A DNA stretch of 64,000 bases from Callorhinchus milii (lineage: Eukaryota). A program made the position numbers and the translations under genes. Positions 26,545 through 39,244 of the stretch are shown piece by piece. The notes under the pieces were generated by a model, which was not told the DNA's origin, ran no database searches, and worked only from the letters and a program-made list of their open reading frames with translations. Location: contig NW_024704742.1 of the NCBI RefSeq assembly GCF_018977255.1, positions 74,650,001 through 74,714,000 on the forward strand, read 5' to 3'. How positions within the stretch are numbered: position 1 is the stretch's first letter; each line of letters starts with the position of its first letter.

Positions 26545-27552
26545 TCATGAAACAGAAGTTACTGGGAACACTTAGCAGGTCAGGCTGCATCTATGGAGAA
26601 AGGAAAGTGAGGCACGTTTTGGGTCCACGACCTTTCGTCAGACCCGGGGCATGTTGGGAGGGAGAGGCTTTTAAGGGCTAACAACAACAACTTGGATTTA
26701 TATAGCGCCCTCCACACCGGACGGCGTCTCAGAGCGCTTAAGGGCTAACAGAAAGGGGGGAGGCAGGGCAAGGAAGACAAAGGAGAAATGGGAGCAGGAA
26801 GAAGTGAGAGGGACTGAGGTGGTCAAGGAGGTGAGGGCTGAAGGAAAAGGGGACTGATGGTTAGAGTGGAGGCTGAAGGCGAGGGGGGGGGGGGGGGGGA
26901 GGGGAGAGGGAGGGGGGGGAGGGGGGGGGGGGGGGGGGGGGGGGGGTGGGGGGGAGGGACGGGGGGGGGGAGGGGGGGGGGGGGGGGGGGGGGGGGGACA
27001 GAGGCGGGTGAGAGGGAGGGGATGATGGGTTAAAGATGTGTTAATGATGCAAAACAAATGGGGGGATTGCAACAAAGCAGGCGAATAGAAGTGTTAATAA
27101 TGCAAAAAAGGTGGAAAAAATTACAACAGAATAAGCAGACCAGAGAGAAAAGGTGTGTCTGGAACCCAGATGATGTGGCAATGGTCACAGAAAGGAGGTG
27201 GGAAGGTGAGCTGATGGTCCGAAATCATTGAAATCAATATTGAGGTCAGACGGCTGTAAGGTTCCCAGCAGATAAATGAGGTGCTGTTCCTCGAGCTTGT
27301 GCTGTGGCTCATTGGAACACCCTGGATGGAGAGGTCAGAGTGCGAGTGAGAATTGAAGTGGCAAGAAACCGGAAGCTCAGGGTTGTGCTCGCAGACAGAA
27401 CGGAGGTGTTCAGTAAACCGATCACCCAATCTGCGTTTGGTCTCCCCAACGTAGAGAAGACCACATCGTGAGCAGTGAATGCAGTAAACTACATTGGTGG
27501 TAGTGCACGTAAATCACTGTCTTACTTGAAATCTGTGTTTGGGGCCCTGGAC
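26545..27552 (-). mobile_element. Penelope-like retroelement 3' fragment: GIY-YIG endonuclease plus terminal region with a degenerate hammerhead motif
   Basis: Manual translation NVVYCIHCSRCGLLYVGETKRRLGDRFTEHLRSV..PVSCHFNSHSH; terminal ctgacgaaaggtcgtggacccaaaacgt..gatgcagcctgacctgctaagt. Confidence 0.85.
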
Positions 27553-29709
27553 TCATTAGAGATTCATGTTTGCTGACTGCCCTCCAGCAACTCAGTTAAT
27601 TGATTACTCCTCGCGTGTGAGTAGAAAGTGAGTAATGACTAGCTGGTCAGCAGTGGAGGACACAACAGCCGAGAATGTCTTCATTCAACATCCACATATC
27701 TACACTTTCCAGCACAGGGCACCGATAGAAAACAGGAAAATTCTGTTTTTTTCAGTTTCCCCTTTCAGGATCGAGATGACTGATCTCATGTTAATCCCCT
27801 CTCCCTCAAAACAATTTTTCCAGAAACAGATGATTAAGAGGTTATCTGAGAGAAATCTGTAAAATTCTGAATTGTTTTGAGTGTAAATAAATAATGAAAT
27901 ATTCTGCTGATTGATAAATTGGTAATTGTGGGGGTGAGTCATAAATGTAGGCTGTCACTGGAAGATTTTAGGAAGAAGTTAGAAGAAATGTATTTGCAGA
28001 GGATTGTTAGAATCTGGATTATTTTACAACAAACAGCTCTTGATGCTTGAGATTGTAACAACGTTTAAAAGGAAAATGAATAAACATTAGAGCATGAACA
28101 AATGAAAACAATAATGGAAGGAGAGGGGAACTGGTATCAGAAAAGGTAATTAACAAGCTTGGTGCCCTAAATAGCTCTTTTGCTGTAATTTCTAGTTCAA
28201 CATAAATTGGGATTTGAGCCTATGACCCTCTGCTGATATGTTCATTGTGATAATAGACGATGCCTTGACCTACAAAGCCAATCAGGATGCTAAACCTAAA
28301 AAAANTGATTTCACACACTCAAAACCTAAAATACTTGTCCAAATCAACAATTGAACAAGTTCTGAATAAGGTAATTCAAGTTTCAATGTAGCATCTGTGC
28401 TGTTAGTCATCTCGAAAAGAGAATGGAGTTTCTCCCGGTGTCTTAGTCAATAATCCCCCAAATAAAATTGATCATTCACTTGGGGTGTTTGTGGGACATT
28501 GCTATGCAAAAAATGGCTGCCACATTGACCTAAAAATACAGTCACTTCACAGTAAATCACTGTAATGCACTCTGATATGATGTCTGGATGTGAAAGGTTG
28601 TATATCCAATATAAAGAGTTATCTCAGCTGGGTGGCAAAGATTCCATTTGTCTTCAGAGTCTCTGGGCTACAGAGAGGAGGAATTAGGCCAAGTTCTTGC
28701 TCTATCTAGTGACACCACTGAAATATGATTGTGTATGGACAGGATCACATTCAGTTGCAATTTCCCCACAGCAGATATTCTGTTGACACTTATTCTCTGG
28801 GCTCAAACATCAAGATTGGGTACTTGGGTTATGTGTAGGTTGGTGCCCATTGTACCTCATGAGTCAATGCCTTCAGTCTAGAAAGAGAACATTTGGACAG
28901 GATAATGAATGATTATATATATATATATATGTATATGTTATATGTACTGTACACAGTATATGTACACAGTATATGTACTGTGTTAATTAATGTCTTTTCA
29001 CAAAGAGATATAAAGTATCAAGCGTTTGGTTTGAGGATATAGAGAAGTCTAAGCTACAGTCAGTCCATCACTATCTATGGATGATGCAAAATAAAATATG
29101 AACCCTTCTCAGTTGAGTAATAATTGAGCTATGTTTAAGCATCTTGGGACATCCTTGCGCTGTGGAAAGTTGCTATGTAATTGTAAACTTATATTGTATT
29201 GCAATTTTTTCTTGCATTTATGCTATCTGAGTACCAGTTATGTACAACCTAAGAGATTGAATGAGATAATCTGAAGAGCTGAATGTTTAATGTTGCTCAT
29301 CATTGATGAAGTTGGTTTCTATTTGGTGTTGTGTAACATGTATTCAATTTGATGCATTAAATGTTCTAAGCAAAGTAAACTAAATCTAAACAATGCTCGT
29401 AAACTTCAGCTTTTTAAACGGTAGAAATTATTGGTGGGCATGACAGATGATGCCTTTATGTTTCAAAGGATTTTCAATATGAAATGACCATAAATACATG
29501 AGACGCATCTCACAAACCACCATGAAATGAATGACCATGTGGGGGATTGCTGACAATGACACCAGGAGAAATTCGCTTTTCTTTTTCCAATGATACCATG
29601 GGGACCCTTTAACATTCACCTGACAGGTAGGTACGTTGACTGAAATGGCCCAATTGTGTATTTAATTTGGCATCAAAATTTTGACTCTAAAATTGGTGAA
29701 AATTAATGA

Positions 29710-30440
29710 AACAACAACTTGCACGTATATAGTGCCCTCCATGAAGGGCAGCATCTTAGAGCACTTAACAGTGGCGGAGACTGACTCCGAGCCGGTGGGA
29801 GGGGTGTGGGGGGTGGTGGTGTGTGTGGTGACCGTAAGCACGGTCAAAAAGTAAGGTTTTCAGACTGGACTTGAAAAAGGGGAGAGAGGGGGCAAGGTGG
29901 AGGGATTGAGGGAGAATGTTTTGGGGTGTAGTGGCTGAATGCGCGACCTCCAATGGTGGAGCAGAGGGTGCGAGGGATGAGCAGGCGGCCAATACCAGTT
30001 GAGCCAAGACATCGGGTGGTGGACTGGGGAGTGAGGAGGTCAGAGAGATAGCGAGATCCCAGGGAGTGAAGAGATTTGAACACGAGTGTGAATATCTTGA
30101 AGTTGATCTGTTTGGTTATAGGGAGCCAGGGGCTTGAGGAGGGAGTTGAGCGAGAAGTGTGACTGAAGTTGACCTGCAACAATATATTCTGGGACTTTGG
30201 CAAGGAAGGCAGTTTGGAAATGGGATGATACTATGAGAGATTAGAGGGATCGAGGGGGCGTTTTTGAGGAGGGGTGTGATAACAGCAGTTTTCAGGGGGA
30301 GTGGAATAGAGCCTGAGGAAAGAGACTGGTTGACCGTGTCGGCCAGCAGGGGGAGGGGAGGTTGAGTGACCAGCAGCTGGGTGGGGAGGGAGTTGATGCA
30401 GCAAGTGGTAAACTCCATGCGGGTCATTGTCCAAGCAAGG
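29710..30440 (-). mobile_element. L2 LINE (subfamily B) with an internal deletion
   Basis: [37 protein letters not shown] and the subfamily B tail. Confidence 0.85.
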
Positions 30441-32309
30441 ACGTTAGCTAAAACAAAGACACTAATCATTTCTGGCAGATAAACAAATTATATGAGTACA
30501 ACAGCAAAGATATAAGAAAGAAGACAGAATCTAGCAAGATTAATAAGCGAAATTTCACTTAAAGGTACAACAGTTCAATAATTCCATTATAGGCAAAATA
30601 CATATTAATACAATATAATGATCAACTCAACAATCCCTAGTGTTAAAATGACTGACTACAGTGTATGGTTCATGGTGGCAAAGCCTAGCAATAGTGTATA
30701 TGCATCATTCTAATCAGGGTGCCCTGCTTTAGCATCTTTGATGGCGAGGCTGATTATGTTTATCAACTCTTTGACCACATTTGTCCTTGTTTACCTCAGA
30801 CTGCATTCACAGAACCCTGAATCCAACAATTCAGCAAAAAAACTGAGGCAAACTTAAATTAAAATTAATTCATAAAATACCAATCTAAACTAAAATTCTT
30901 ACCCGAACACTGAAGGCGGGACCTCAGTTTAACATTACATCCAAAGGATAACACATCACACCCTCAGCACTACACCGGAATGTCAGGCTAGACTGAGTTG
31001 AAAGTCCAAAGTGGGGGTTTAACAAACAAATTCAGAGACAAGAGTAATAACTTAATTAAATTAATATAAATTAATTAAATGAATTAAACAGTGTGTTGCA
31101 CTGTTGGAGATGCTGTCCCTTGGATGAGATATGAAACTGAGATACCATCTGTTTAGGATATAAAATCACATTGTACCATTAGAGAAGAGATTTTCTCCCA
31201 GAGCTTTGACCAACAATCCTCCAGAAACATTTACATCATGGCTATTTGTGAAACATTGCCGTGTGCGCAATTGGCTGCCACATTCACCTACAAAAATATA
31301 GTTACTACACTTTATACTTAATCCTGTTAATCACTTTGAGACCTTTTGACAACATGAAAGGCATGATATCAAATGTAAGAATCATTATTTATTAAAGTAA
31401 AATGATTTGTTGCATAGTGGTTCTATGATTCATAAAATAAAAAATTTGATTTCATTAGCGTTTCTTAATTGTGCTTTCTCTGTATTTAAATAATGCTCAT
31501 TGGGATTAAGTTTACAAATAAATGATTGCCAAATAAACAGTATGGCTGGTTATTTGAATCCTCTTTAAATTTTCTCATTTAAAACTTCTCTCCCAGTAAA
31601 TTCAGATTGAACTGAGTTTTGTACTCTCACATGGGTTATTCCCTTTTGCTGTACCATGGCTGTACCATTCTCCTTTTGGAAGAAATATAGGATTGGAGGT
31701 GCTGTCTTTCAGGTGAGATGATAAAACAAGCTCCTGTCTGCCTTTTTGGTAAAGATCACATTGTAGTATTTAAAACAAGAAGAAATTTTCTCCCAGTGAC
31801 CTAGTCAACCATTTATGGGTGCTGTAAAGTTCTTTGTTAGGTGATCTCAAGTTTAGGTTTTAATCTTATGGAAAGTAAGACTCAGGGAGGAGATAAGAGA
31901 TATTCAAGTGAAAAAGTTTTTCACCAGGCTAAGACAATGCCCTTTATTTTCACTCTTTGTTTCCTATTTTCCAGCTGTCTCTAAATCCATTCTCCTACCC
32001 CCTTCCATGACTTCATATACCTTGATCTTATGTAGCCTCTATCTCAGGCCTTCTAGTTGTCCATTTACACCATATCCACTGCATTTCCCATATCTACTTT
32101 ATCTGTTACTTTTTCAAAGAATTTGATGAGGGCTATCAATAGGGGTTGCAATCCTGAGATTTCAGCAGCACCATTCCCATATCGGATCCCATATTTCAAG
32201 CATGATCTTCCCTTCATAAATCCACGCTGGCTCCTTCTCAAGAAGCTTTGCAATTTTACCCTTTATTATAGCCTCCAATACTTCACCACAAACTCAATGG
32301 CTCAATCCT

Positions 32310-32542
32310 TGCCCGGAAAAGATGGAGATCGTATGTTGTTGTTGATGGTCGTGTCTTGCTCTTCTACCCTGCAGTTCAGAGTCACAATTCGTATGGTAGG
32401 TGCAATGTAGGATTTTCCACATACCAAGAGTTGTTAAATGTATGATTCTGAGTAACGACTCTGGACACTATCCGGTTTAACATTCAGTCTTGATGTGCAA
32501 AGAACATTGTTGGGACAGAGAATGGAGACTTCTGTAACTTAC
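32310..32542. repeat. Local duplicated segment, copy 1 (carries the empty site of the hAT insertion)
   Basis: Aligns by eye with 34104-34178 joined to 35351-35509. Confidence 0.85.
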
Positions 32543-33079
32543 GGTCCCTCCTGTGGTCACTCTACGAAAACCAAACTTTTGTCAATCATTCCCAGGTTTT
32601 CTTTCTCCTCTGGGTTTTGATCCCGACCACTCAGTGCCTCTCATTCGTTTCAACAACTGCCTCCATTGAATACTATTAGTGAGGTCCAACCTCTTAATTT
32701 TCTTATTAGTGAGTTTACATTTTACAAAAGCAGCACATCATAATTACCAGTATAATAATACAAATTGTGTGACTACAAAGCATTTAAAAATCAATTCCAT
32801 CAGGGTTCCTTGGATTAGTTGGATTAGCAAATCATAGTCCTCTTCTGCTAGTAATTCATCTAAGTCTGTCTTTATCTTATCCATTGAATTGGAATTGCTT
32901 ACCAAATGAGTATCTTTTCTTTGCAATAATTGTTCTAACACAAATGACAGCAGTACTATACGTATATTAAAATCAGATATACATTTCTTCACAACCGTTT
33001 GCTTGGACTGATTTTGATACACCAAAATAGGAGTAATTACATTTGGTCCTATCTGGTAAGATAGTAAGATTCACCTAGT

Positions 33080-33726
33080 GAATTTACGCTGTACCCCCTC
33101 CAGAGCAAGTATGTCCTTTTTTAAATAAGGAGACCAAAACTGCACACAATACTCTAGGTGCGGTCTCACCAATGCCCTATACAGTTGCAATACAATACAA
33201 CTTTCCTACTCTTGTACTCTAAACCTTTTGCAATGAACGCTAACATGCTGTTAGCATGTTGCTTGCTGCACTTGCAAACTAACTTTTTGAGACTGGTGTA
33301 CAAGGACACCCAAATCCCTCTGAACACTAACACTATCTAATCTCTCCCCCTCTAGAAAATAATCTGTTTTTCTACCTAGATGAATAACTTCACACTTCCC
33401 CACATTAAATTCCATCTGCCACCTACTCGCCCACTCCCTGAGCCTATCTATATCCTATTGCAAGCTTTTTGCATCATCCTCAGAGCTTACTCTCCCACCT
33501 AGTTTAGTGTCATCCGCGAATTTAGATACGTTACATTCAATGTCCTCGTCTAGATCATTGATCTAGATTGTAAATAGCTGAGGCCCAAGCACTGATCCTT
33601 GTGGCACTCCACTAGTCACATCCTGCCAATTCGAGAAAGACCCGTTTATCCCTACTCTCTGTTTTCTACCCGTTAGCCACTCTTCAATCCATGCTAATAT
33701 GTTCCCATTAATCCCGTGGGCTTTAA
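33080..33726 (-). mobile_element. CR1 LINE RT fragment
   Basis: [53 protein letters not shown]. Confidence 0.9.
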
Positions 33727-34022
33727 CAATAATAATAATCCTTGCATTTGATATAGCGCTTTTTACGTCTTCGAGACATCTCAAAACGCTTCACAAAATA
33801 TACTGTAAAGTAAATTGACTGTATATTTTGTGGGCGAAACGCGGCAGCCAATTGTGCACAGCAGTGTCCCACAAACAATCATGGATTGAAGTGACCAAAT
33901 TAAAAAAAAAATTTCTTGAGGGATTATTATCAGGCATGTGCCCAAGGTTTCGTCTGCCAGGAATCAAACCCAGGTCTCTCACTTGCAAGGCGAGTGCTCT
34001 AACCACTGAGCTACAGGACTCT
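33727..34022 (-). mobile_element. Full-length tRNA(Ala)-like-head SINE (CmiSINE/SINE2-CM-like)
   Basis: Head gagtcctgtagctcagtggttagagcactcgccttgcaag with A and B boxes; L2-like tail and (tta)n. Confidence 0.85.
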
Positions 34023-34178
34023 TGGCACAGTACAATTCTAATAATCAGATTAATACTTACAACTCCGGAGTGTAGTTTGAGGTAACTAGAGTGATCAGTT
34101 TCATGCCTGGAAGAGATGGAGATCGTACTTTGTTGTGCTCTTGATGATTGTCTTGCTTTTCTGCCCTATAGTTTAGAG

Positions 34179-35342
34179 CAGGGGTGGGCAAAAGACGGCC
34201 CGCGGGCCATATCGGGCCCGCCAAATGATTCCACTCGGCCCTCATTGTGTCTAGTAATAGACAAAATTATAGCTCGTTCAATCCCAGAAAGTCACACAAA
34301 TTTCACATTTGAATCTAACCGGGAACATCAACCAATCACATTGCTTAGTTGTGCGCACGCTCCCTTAAGTGTTGAATCAGACTGACGTCAGAAATGTATG
34401 CATCAGCAAATTTTCAAACACGCGTGACAACCGCGGCAATACTTTTCACCAAAGATGATGTTAATTCGAAATGAGTTTATCAAAGAAGCAGAAAGTGAAT
34501 GCTGAAGGCCAAATATTCAACAAAGAATGGACTTCTAAATTTTTTTTTACCAGTGTGGGTGGAAAAGCTTTCTGCTTAATTTGCAAAGAAAGTGTGGCAG
34601 CGCTCAAAGACTACAACTTGAATCGCCATTTTGAGAGCAAATAAGAATGTTTCTGCCGAAGAAAAAGGAAAGAAAGCTGATGAGATAGTTGCTTGAATGC
34701 AAAAAGAGCAAAGTATTTTCACAAAACAATTTGCGTTCCAGGATGAGATTACAAGAGTGAGTTATGTGATTGCACACAAAATTGCCAAGAACAGCAAACC
34801 ATTCTCTGAAGGAGAATTTATAAAGGAATGTATGGTTGACTCTGCCTCGATTTTATGCCCAGACAAGAAAAACTAGTTCGAGAACATTAGCATGTCAAGG
34901 TGAACTATTGTGAGATGTGTTGAGGATATCTCTGAGAACCTGTATCTGCAGTTACAAAAATAAAGTAAGCAATTTTGCATGTTTTTCACTGGCATTCGAT
35001 GAGAGTTGTGATGTCGAAGACACAGCCCAGTTGATAATTTTTATTCAAGATATCACCAAACATTTTGAGCTCACAGAAGAATTGGCATCAATGGAGTCAA
35101 TGAAAGACACGACAACTGGAGAAGCCTTTTTGGGGGCAGTAGATAAGTGTATCTTAAAATTAGGAGTGGAGTGGAAAAAATAGTGAATGTCAATTACATA
35201 GACTTTATTTTATGCATGTACAAGTGTAAGACTTGATTTTGAGCTATTATTAAGCATTTGCATCTATATTAAGTTTGTGGCCCACAAAGCTTACCAAAAC
35301 TCATGAAGTGGCCCGCCAACCAAAAATAATTGCCCACCCCTG
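34179..35342 (+). mobile_element. Internally deleted hAT DNA transposon (Buster/Charlie/SPIN, GTF2IRD2-like transposase)
   Basis: Perfect TIR caggggtgggcaa/ttgcccacccctg; 8-bp TSD gtttagag/gcttagag; broken ORF with CLICKESVAALKDYNLNRHF (BED-type zinc finger) and FSLAFDESCDVEDTAQL (first catalytic Asp). Confidence 0.93.
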
Positions 35343-36099
35343 GCTTAGAGTCACCATTCTTATGGTAGGTGCAATGTGAAATTTTACACATACCAAGAAT
35401 TGTTAAATATATGATTCTGAGTAATGGCTGGACGCTATCCGGTTTAACATTCAGTCTTGATGTTAAAAGTACATTGTTAGGCCAGAGAATGGTGACTTCT
35501 GTAAGTTACACACCCATGAGGTCGAATCCATGTGACAGCCATCAGCAAATCTGAGTCACTATTTATTGTGAACCGCTGCTTTTCCAACATCATTGATGAT
35601 CCCTATAGTTCTTATACAGATTTTGTGCAACAAAATAAAATGAAACAAAAAGCCTGAATAACCCCCTGTGGGGCTATCAGGTTTTGCAGATATAAACTCA
35701 TTCCTTAGAGCTTTTGGTACCACCTGGCTTCCCAAATATGGAGAAAGTCAGTAAGTGAGTTGCACACACAGGCAGAATCAGAAATAATGTTCACAGGAAC
35801 TGGGTAATCAGATATATGGGTGTGCACACACTGAACTGTCTTTGCAATAGCTGGAGCCATCCACATAAATGTCAGTACCAGGAGTAGTAGGATGCAGTAA
35901 GTTTGAAAGGACCCAGACTGTACAGGGGTGTTAATAGTGGAAGTATATAGGACCATTCAGTATACTACCAGCCAGGACTGGAGATTTAGAGGTGTGCTGG
36001 ACAACAATTGTATCTATTTTATGGTTGTCAGGTGAGGGGGGCGCCCATTCTGTCCTATATTAACATCCAAAAATGAAATGGAAGGTATAACTGATACAG

Positions 36100-36340
36100 G
36101 GACTTGATTTTGAAGAGGGCGGGAAAGAGCTATCAGTGGTGGTCACCAAACCAGGTGTGACGGTGAAGCCCCTTCCTTACCGGATCCCGGAAGCAAGGAG
36201 GAATATGGTGAGGAAAGAGCTGCAAGATATGTTCTAGCTGAAAATCATTGAGGAGTCTAATGGTGAACGGTGTAGCCCAATTGTGATGGTGCCTAAACAA
36301 AATGGAACTATCCAATTTTGCATTGACTTTTGGAAACTTG
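36100..36340 (+). mobile_element. Gypsy RT N-terminal fragment
   Basis: IIEESNGERCSPIVMVPKQNGTIQFCIDFWKL. Confidence 0.7.
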
Positions 36341-36661
36341 TTTTGTTTATTTAAAAAAAATACATTTTTGGTATATAAAAAATATATTCAACTTTCCTTA
36401 TAAACAAACACACACATCATAGAAAAAAAAACATCCTCAAATGCAATGTTTGAGAAACAAAATATATAAACAATACATTCCACTTACATTGAGGAAGAAA
36501 TCACACCCATAACACAAAAAAGAAAAAGCATCTACTTCAATATGGTGCCCGTTTCCTTGTGGCAGCCACGACTATCTCACACTCTCCTCAAGTAATAATA
36601 ATAATCCTTATAATAATAATCCTTTCATTTGATATAGCGCTTTTCACGTCGGGAGGATGTC

Positions 36662-37430
36662 AAGTGGAGGGACCCGGCCTTCTCACTCCTGTGTTCTGCT
36701 GCCTTTATCTACAAGGAGCTGTTACACTTTTGGGCGAGTCCCAGCTCTGCCATCCTTCACTTACTGGATGGCAAGCCAAAATACCCACTCAGCTGCTCCC
36801 CCCTTTATCGGCAGAGACTTATATATACACACTCACATATATCACATTTTGGGACATTCTTTGGTTACAAGGCAACGTCCCTCTCTACAACCCCTTAGTC
36901 AGTAGGTACCTGTTATGCAAGGAAGTGGAACCGATGCGAGCCCACCTAGCATGGAGCACTCTGGCTGGGGTCAGACCCCATCTGGCCTTTGCCTCGGCCA
37001 ATCCAAGCTTCAGCATGTCCCTCATCACATATTCCCTGACTCTGGCGTGCACAAGTCTGCAGCTGATTTACCGACCCGTCCCTATGCTGTGAGACCATCT
37101 GATTTTGGGAGTCCCAAAGGGCCTCCTTCATCAAGTTGATGACCTTCCAAGCACATTCGATATCGGTCTCTTCACCTTCCTGGGAAAAGGCCGCACTGAG
37201 TGCCATGACAGGGGATCTCCCGGTATAAAACACAAGTATAGCCACTTATCTTTTTCCAAACTGCCTTGGCATATGTGCACTGCAGGAAGAGGTGATTCAC
37301 ACTCTCCTCTCCTCCACAACTCTCTCAAGGGCAGTGTGCAGATGAGCTCTGTCGTGCATAAGCTCCCAAGGGATGGGGCTCTTTCGATTGCCAGCGAGGC
37401 CACATCCTGAAAATTTGTTGAACCTGTTTA
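36662..37430 (-). mobile_element. Tx1/L1-clade LINE ORF2 C-terminus and 3' UTR
   Basis: Zinc knuckle CGGEESVNHLFLQCTYAKAVW; ETDIECAWKVINLMKEALW. Confidence 0.75.
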
Positions 37431-38371
37431 TTTAACAAAAGGTGCCTCAACCAAGGGAGCTAACAAGGGCTGGACTCCAAACAGGATTATTTGAAGTTCC
37501 AGCCCTAAGTGCTCATTTGTGCCTAGCATCCTGCTAATGAATTAGCAGCAATATATAGCCTGGGTGCTAGAGAGAGGTAGTGAATCTGGAGAAGATGGCT
37601 GTAAAAAGCAACAGGTACCTACTGCCTAAGGGGTTGTAGAGAGGGACCTTGTCTTGTAACCAAAGAATGTCCCAAAATGTGATATTTTATCAAAATAAAA
37701 TTTTATCAAAATAAAATCTACCTTTTTGTTGTTAAAACCCTTGGTGCAAATTTATTTTCTGGATCACCAAAGCACTCACCCAATTAATGGGTTTCTCTAC
37801 TTTTTTATTATTATCTGGTCCCTTTCCATTTTATGTAATATTTATTTTAATCTTGCTTTCAGGCCTCTTTTAAAAGACTGCATTGTTGTTTCTTTTAATC
37901 ATATTGTATATTCTCCTTTGATCAGTCCTCTTTTCCTGATAATCCATTGATTTTTTCTAGTATTTCTTCCATCTCCATTTGTCTGTCATCTTTTGTCCTC
38001 ACACTCTGAATTATTTTGAGCAGTCCCATTTCAATTATGTCTTGTCGTCCGAGCAGAGGATCAGCTTTTACTTTCACAATGATAATATCTTATACTGTCT
38101 AATCTGCTTTTGTTCACCATTTCTATAGCCACTCTGCACACCATTCAATGTCTCCTTTGTTTTGTTTTGTGCCATTAGATTGCATTTTCCTTTTTCTATC
38201 TTATCTTTATTCAGTTCTGTACATACTCATCCCCTGACATTAGATTGGCCTAAAATCCCTGTATTCAATTTGTACCTTATCAATTTCATTTCTTCTATGC
38301 ATCATAATACCATCCATTCATTTCTTTCCACTTTGTTCTTTATGCACTCTTTTTTGTCAGTGTGTGTCTGA

Positions 38372-38930
38372 AACATGAGGAAACCCATCCCCATGCTTAA
38401 GAGTATCCAGACCAAACAGAGCAACCCATGCATCCCACTATACATAGAAATCCCAGAGATAGATTGTTGGAATGGAATGCAGGTTCTCTCCCTGGAGGGA
38501 CACATCCTGGTTAACTAATTCTGGAAAGTATTAGGTGCAGGTTGGCAAGAGCCAAGGCTTGGGGACCCCAGAGTGTGTGTTGGGGTAACTGCTGGAATCT
38601 AACCAGCTAGAACGGCATAGCTTGCCATTGATATTGCGATCTGGCAAAGCTTGCATGGCGTATGGCATAGCTTGTCATTGATATTGCGATCCTACCCGTT
38701 AGGGCTTTGGGTTCCAGGGTTAACAGGAGCAGAGTTGGATGAGTCCTGCCCTCAGTGACTGGTTTGCCCTTCCAGGTCCTGCCGATGAGCCAGGCTGGCT
38801 GTGTTGTCATCAGTATTGTGCTGGAATACTGCAGGCCTGCCTGGCTCAGGAACTAGACTAGAGATTGCCACAGAGGGCTCGATAGCAACATTCCATTGCC
38901 AGGCATGTCAGCTTGGAGCCAGTTCAGCTA
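38372..38930. repeat. Unclassified interspersed repeat, copy 3 (longest)
   Basis: Overlaps both other copies; internal direct repeat ggcatagcttgYcattgatattgcgatc twice. Confidence 0.7.
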
Positions 38931-39244
38931 CAAGGGGAAACCGCAATCCCCCACACTTTCTTAATTCCATTAATATAAAACTCATCTTCTTGTTCATTCA
39001 TTCTGGATTCAATTGTACCAGAATTGTACCTGGTTTCATGTTGTCTTGCTCTTATTTGCTCTATTCTGATTCTCTGTGGCTTACTTGACCTTTTGTAATC
39101 TTCTCACCCTGCCAGCCCTTTCTCCTATGTTCCTCTGTCACAGCTCTTTATGGATTCTGGTTGGCTACTCCTGCATTGCCTTGCATATGCCCATACCATT
39201 GACACACATAACACTTATTTTCTTCTGCAGGACATCTCCGAAAA

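Noticed and set aside
26698..27075. Poly-proline ORF (formin or extensin-like)
   Set aside because: Derived from a poly-G tract at about 26880-26998 inside the Penelope element; low complexity and possibly inflated by sequencing error
28305..28305. Single N base
   Set aside because: Assembly ambiguity at the end of a short A-run; no biological meaning, though a hidden gap cannot be excluded
32744..33025. 93-aa ORF with an acidic helical-looking segment
   Set aside because: No recognisable family and no consistent exon structure; its end resembles a decayed CR1 terminus
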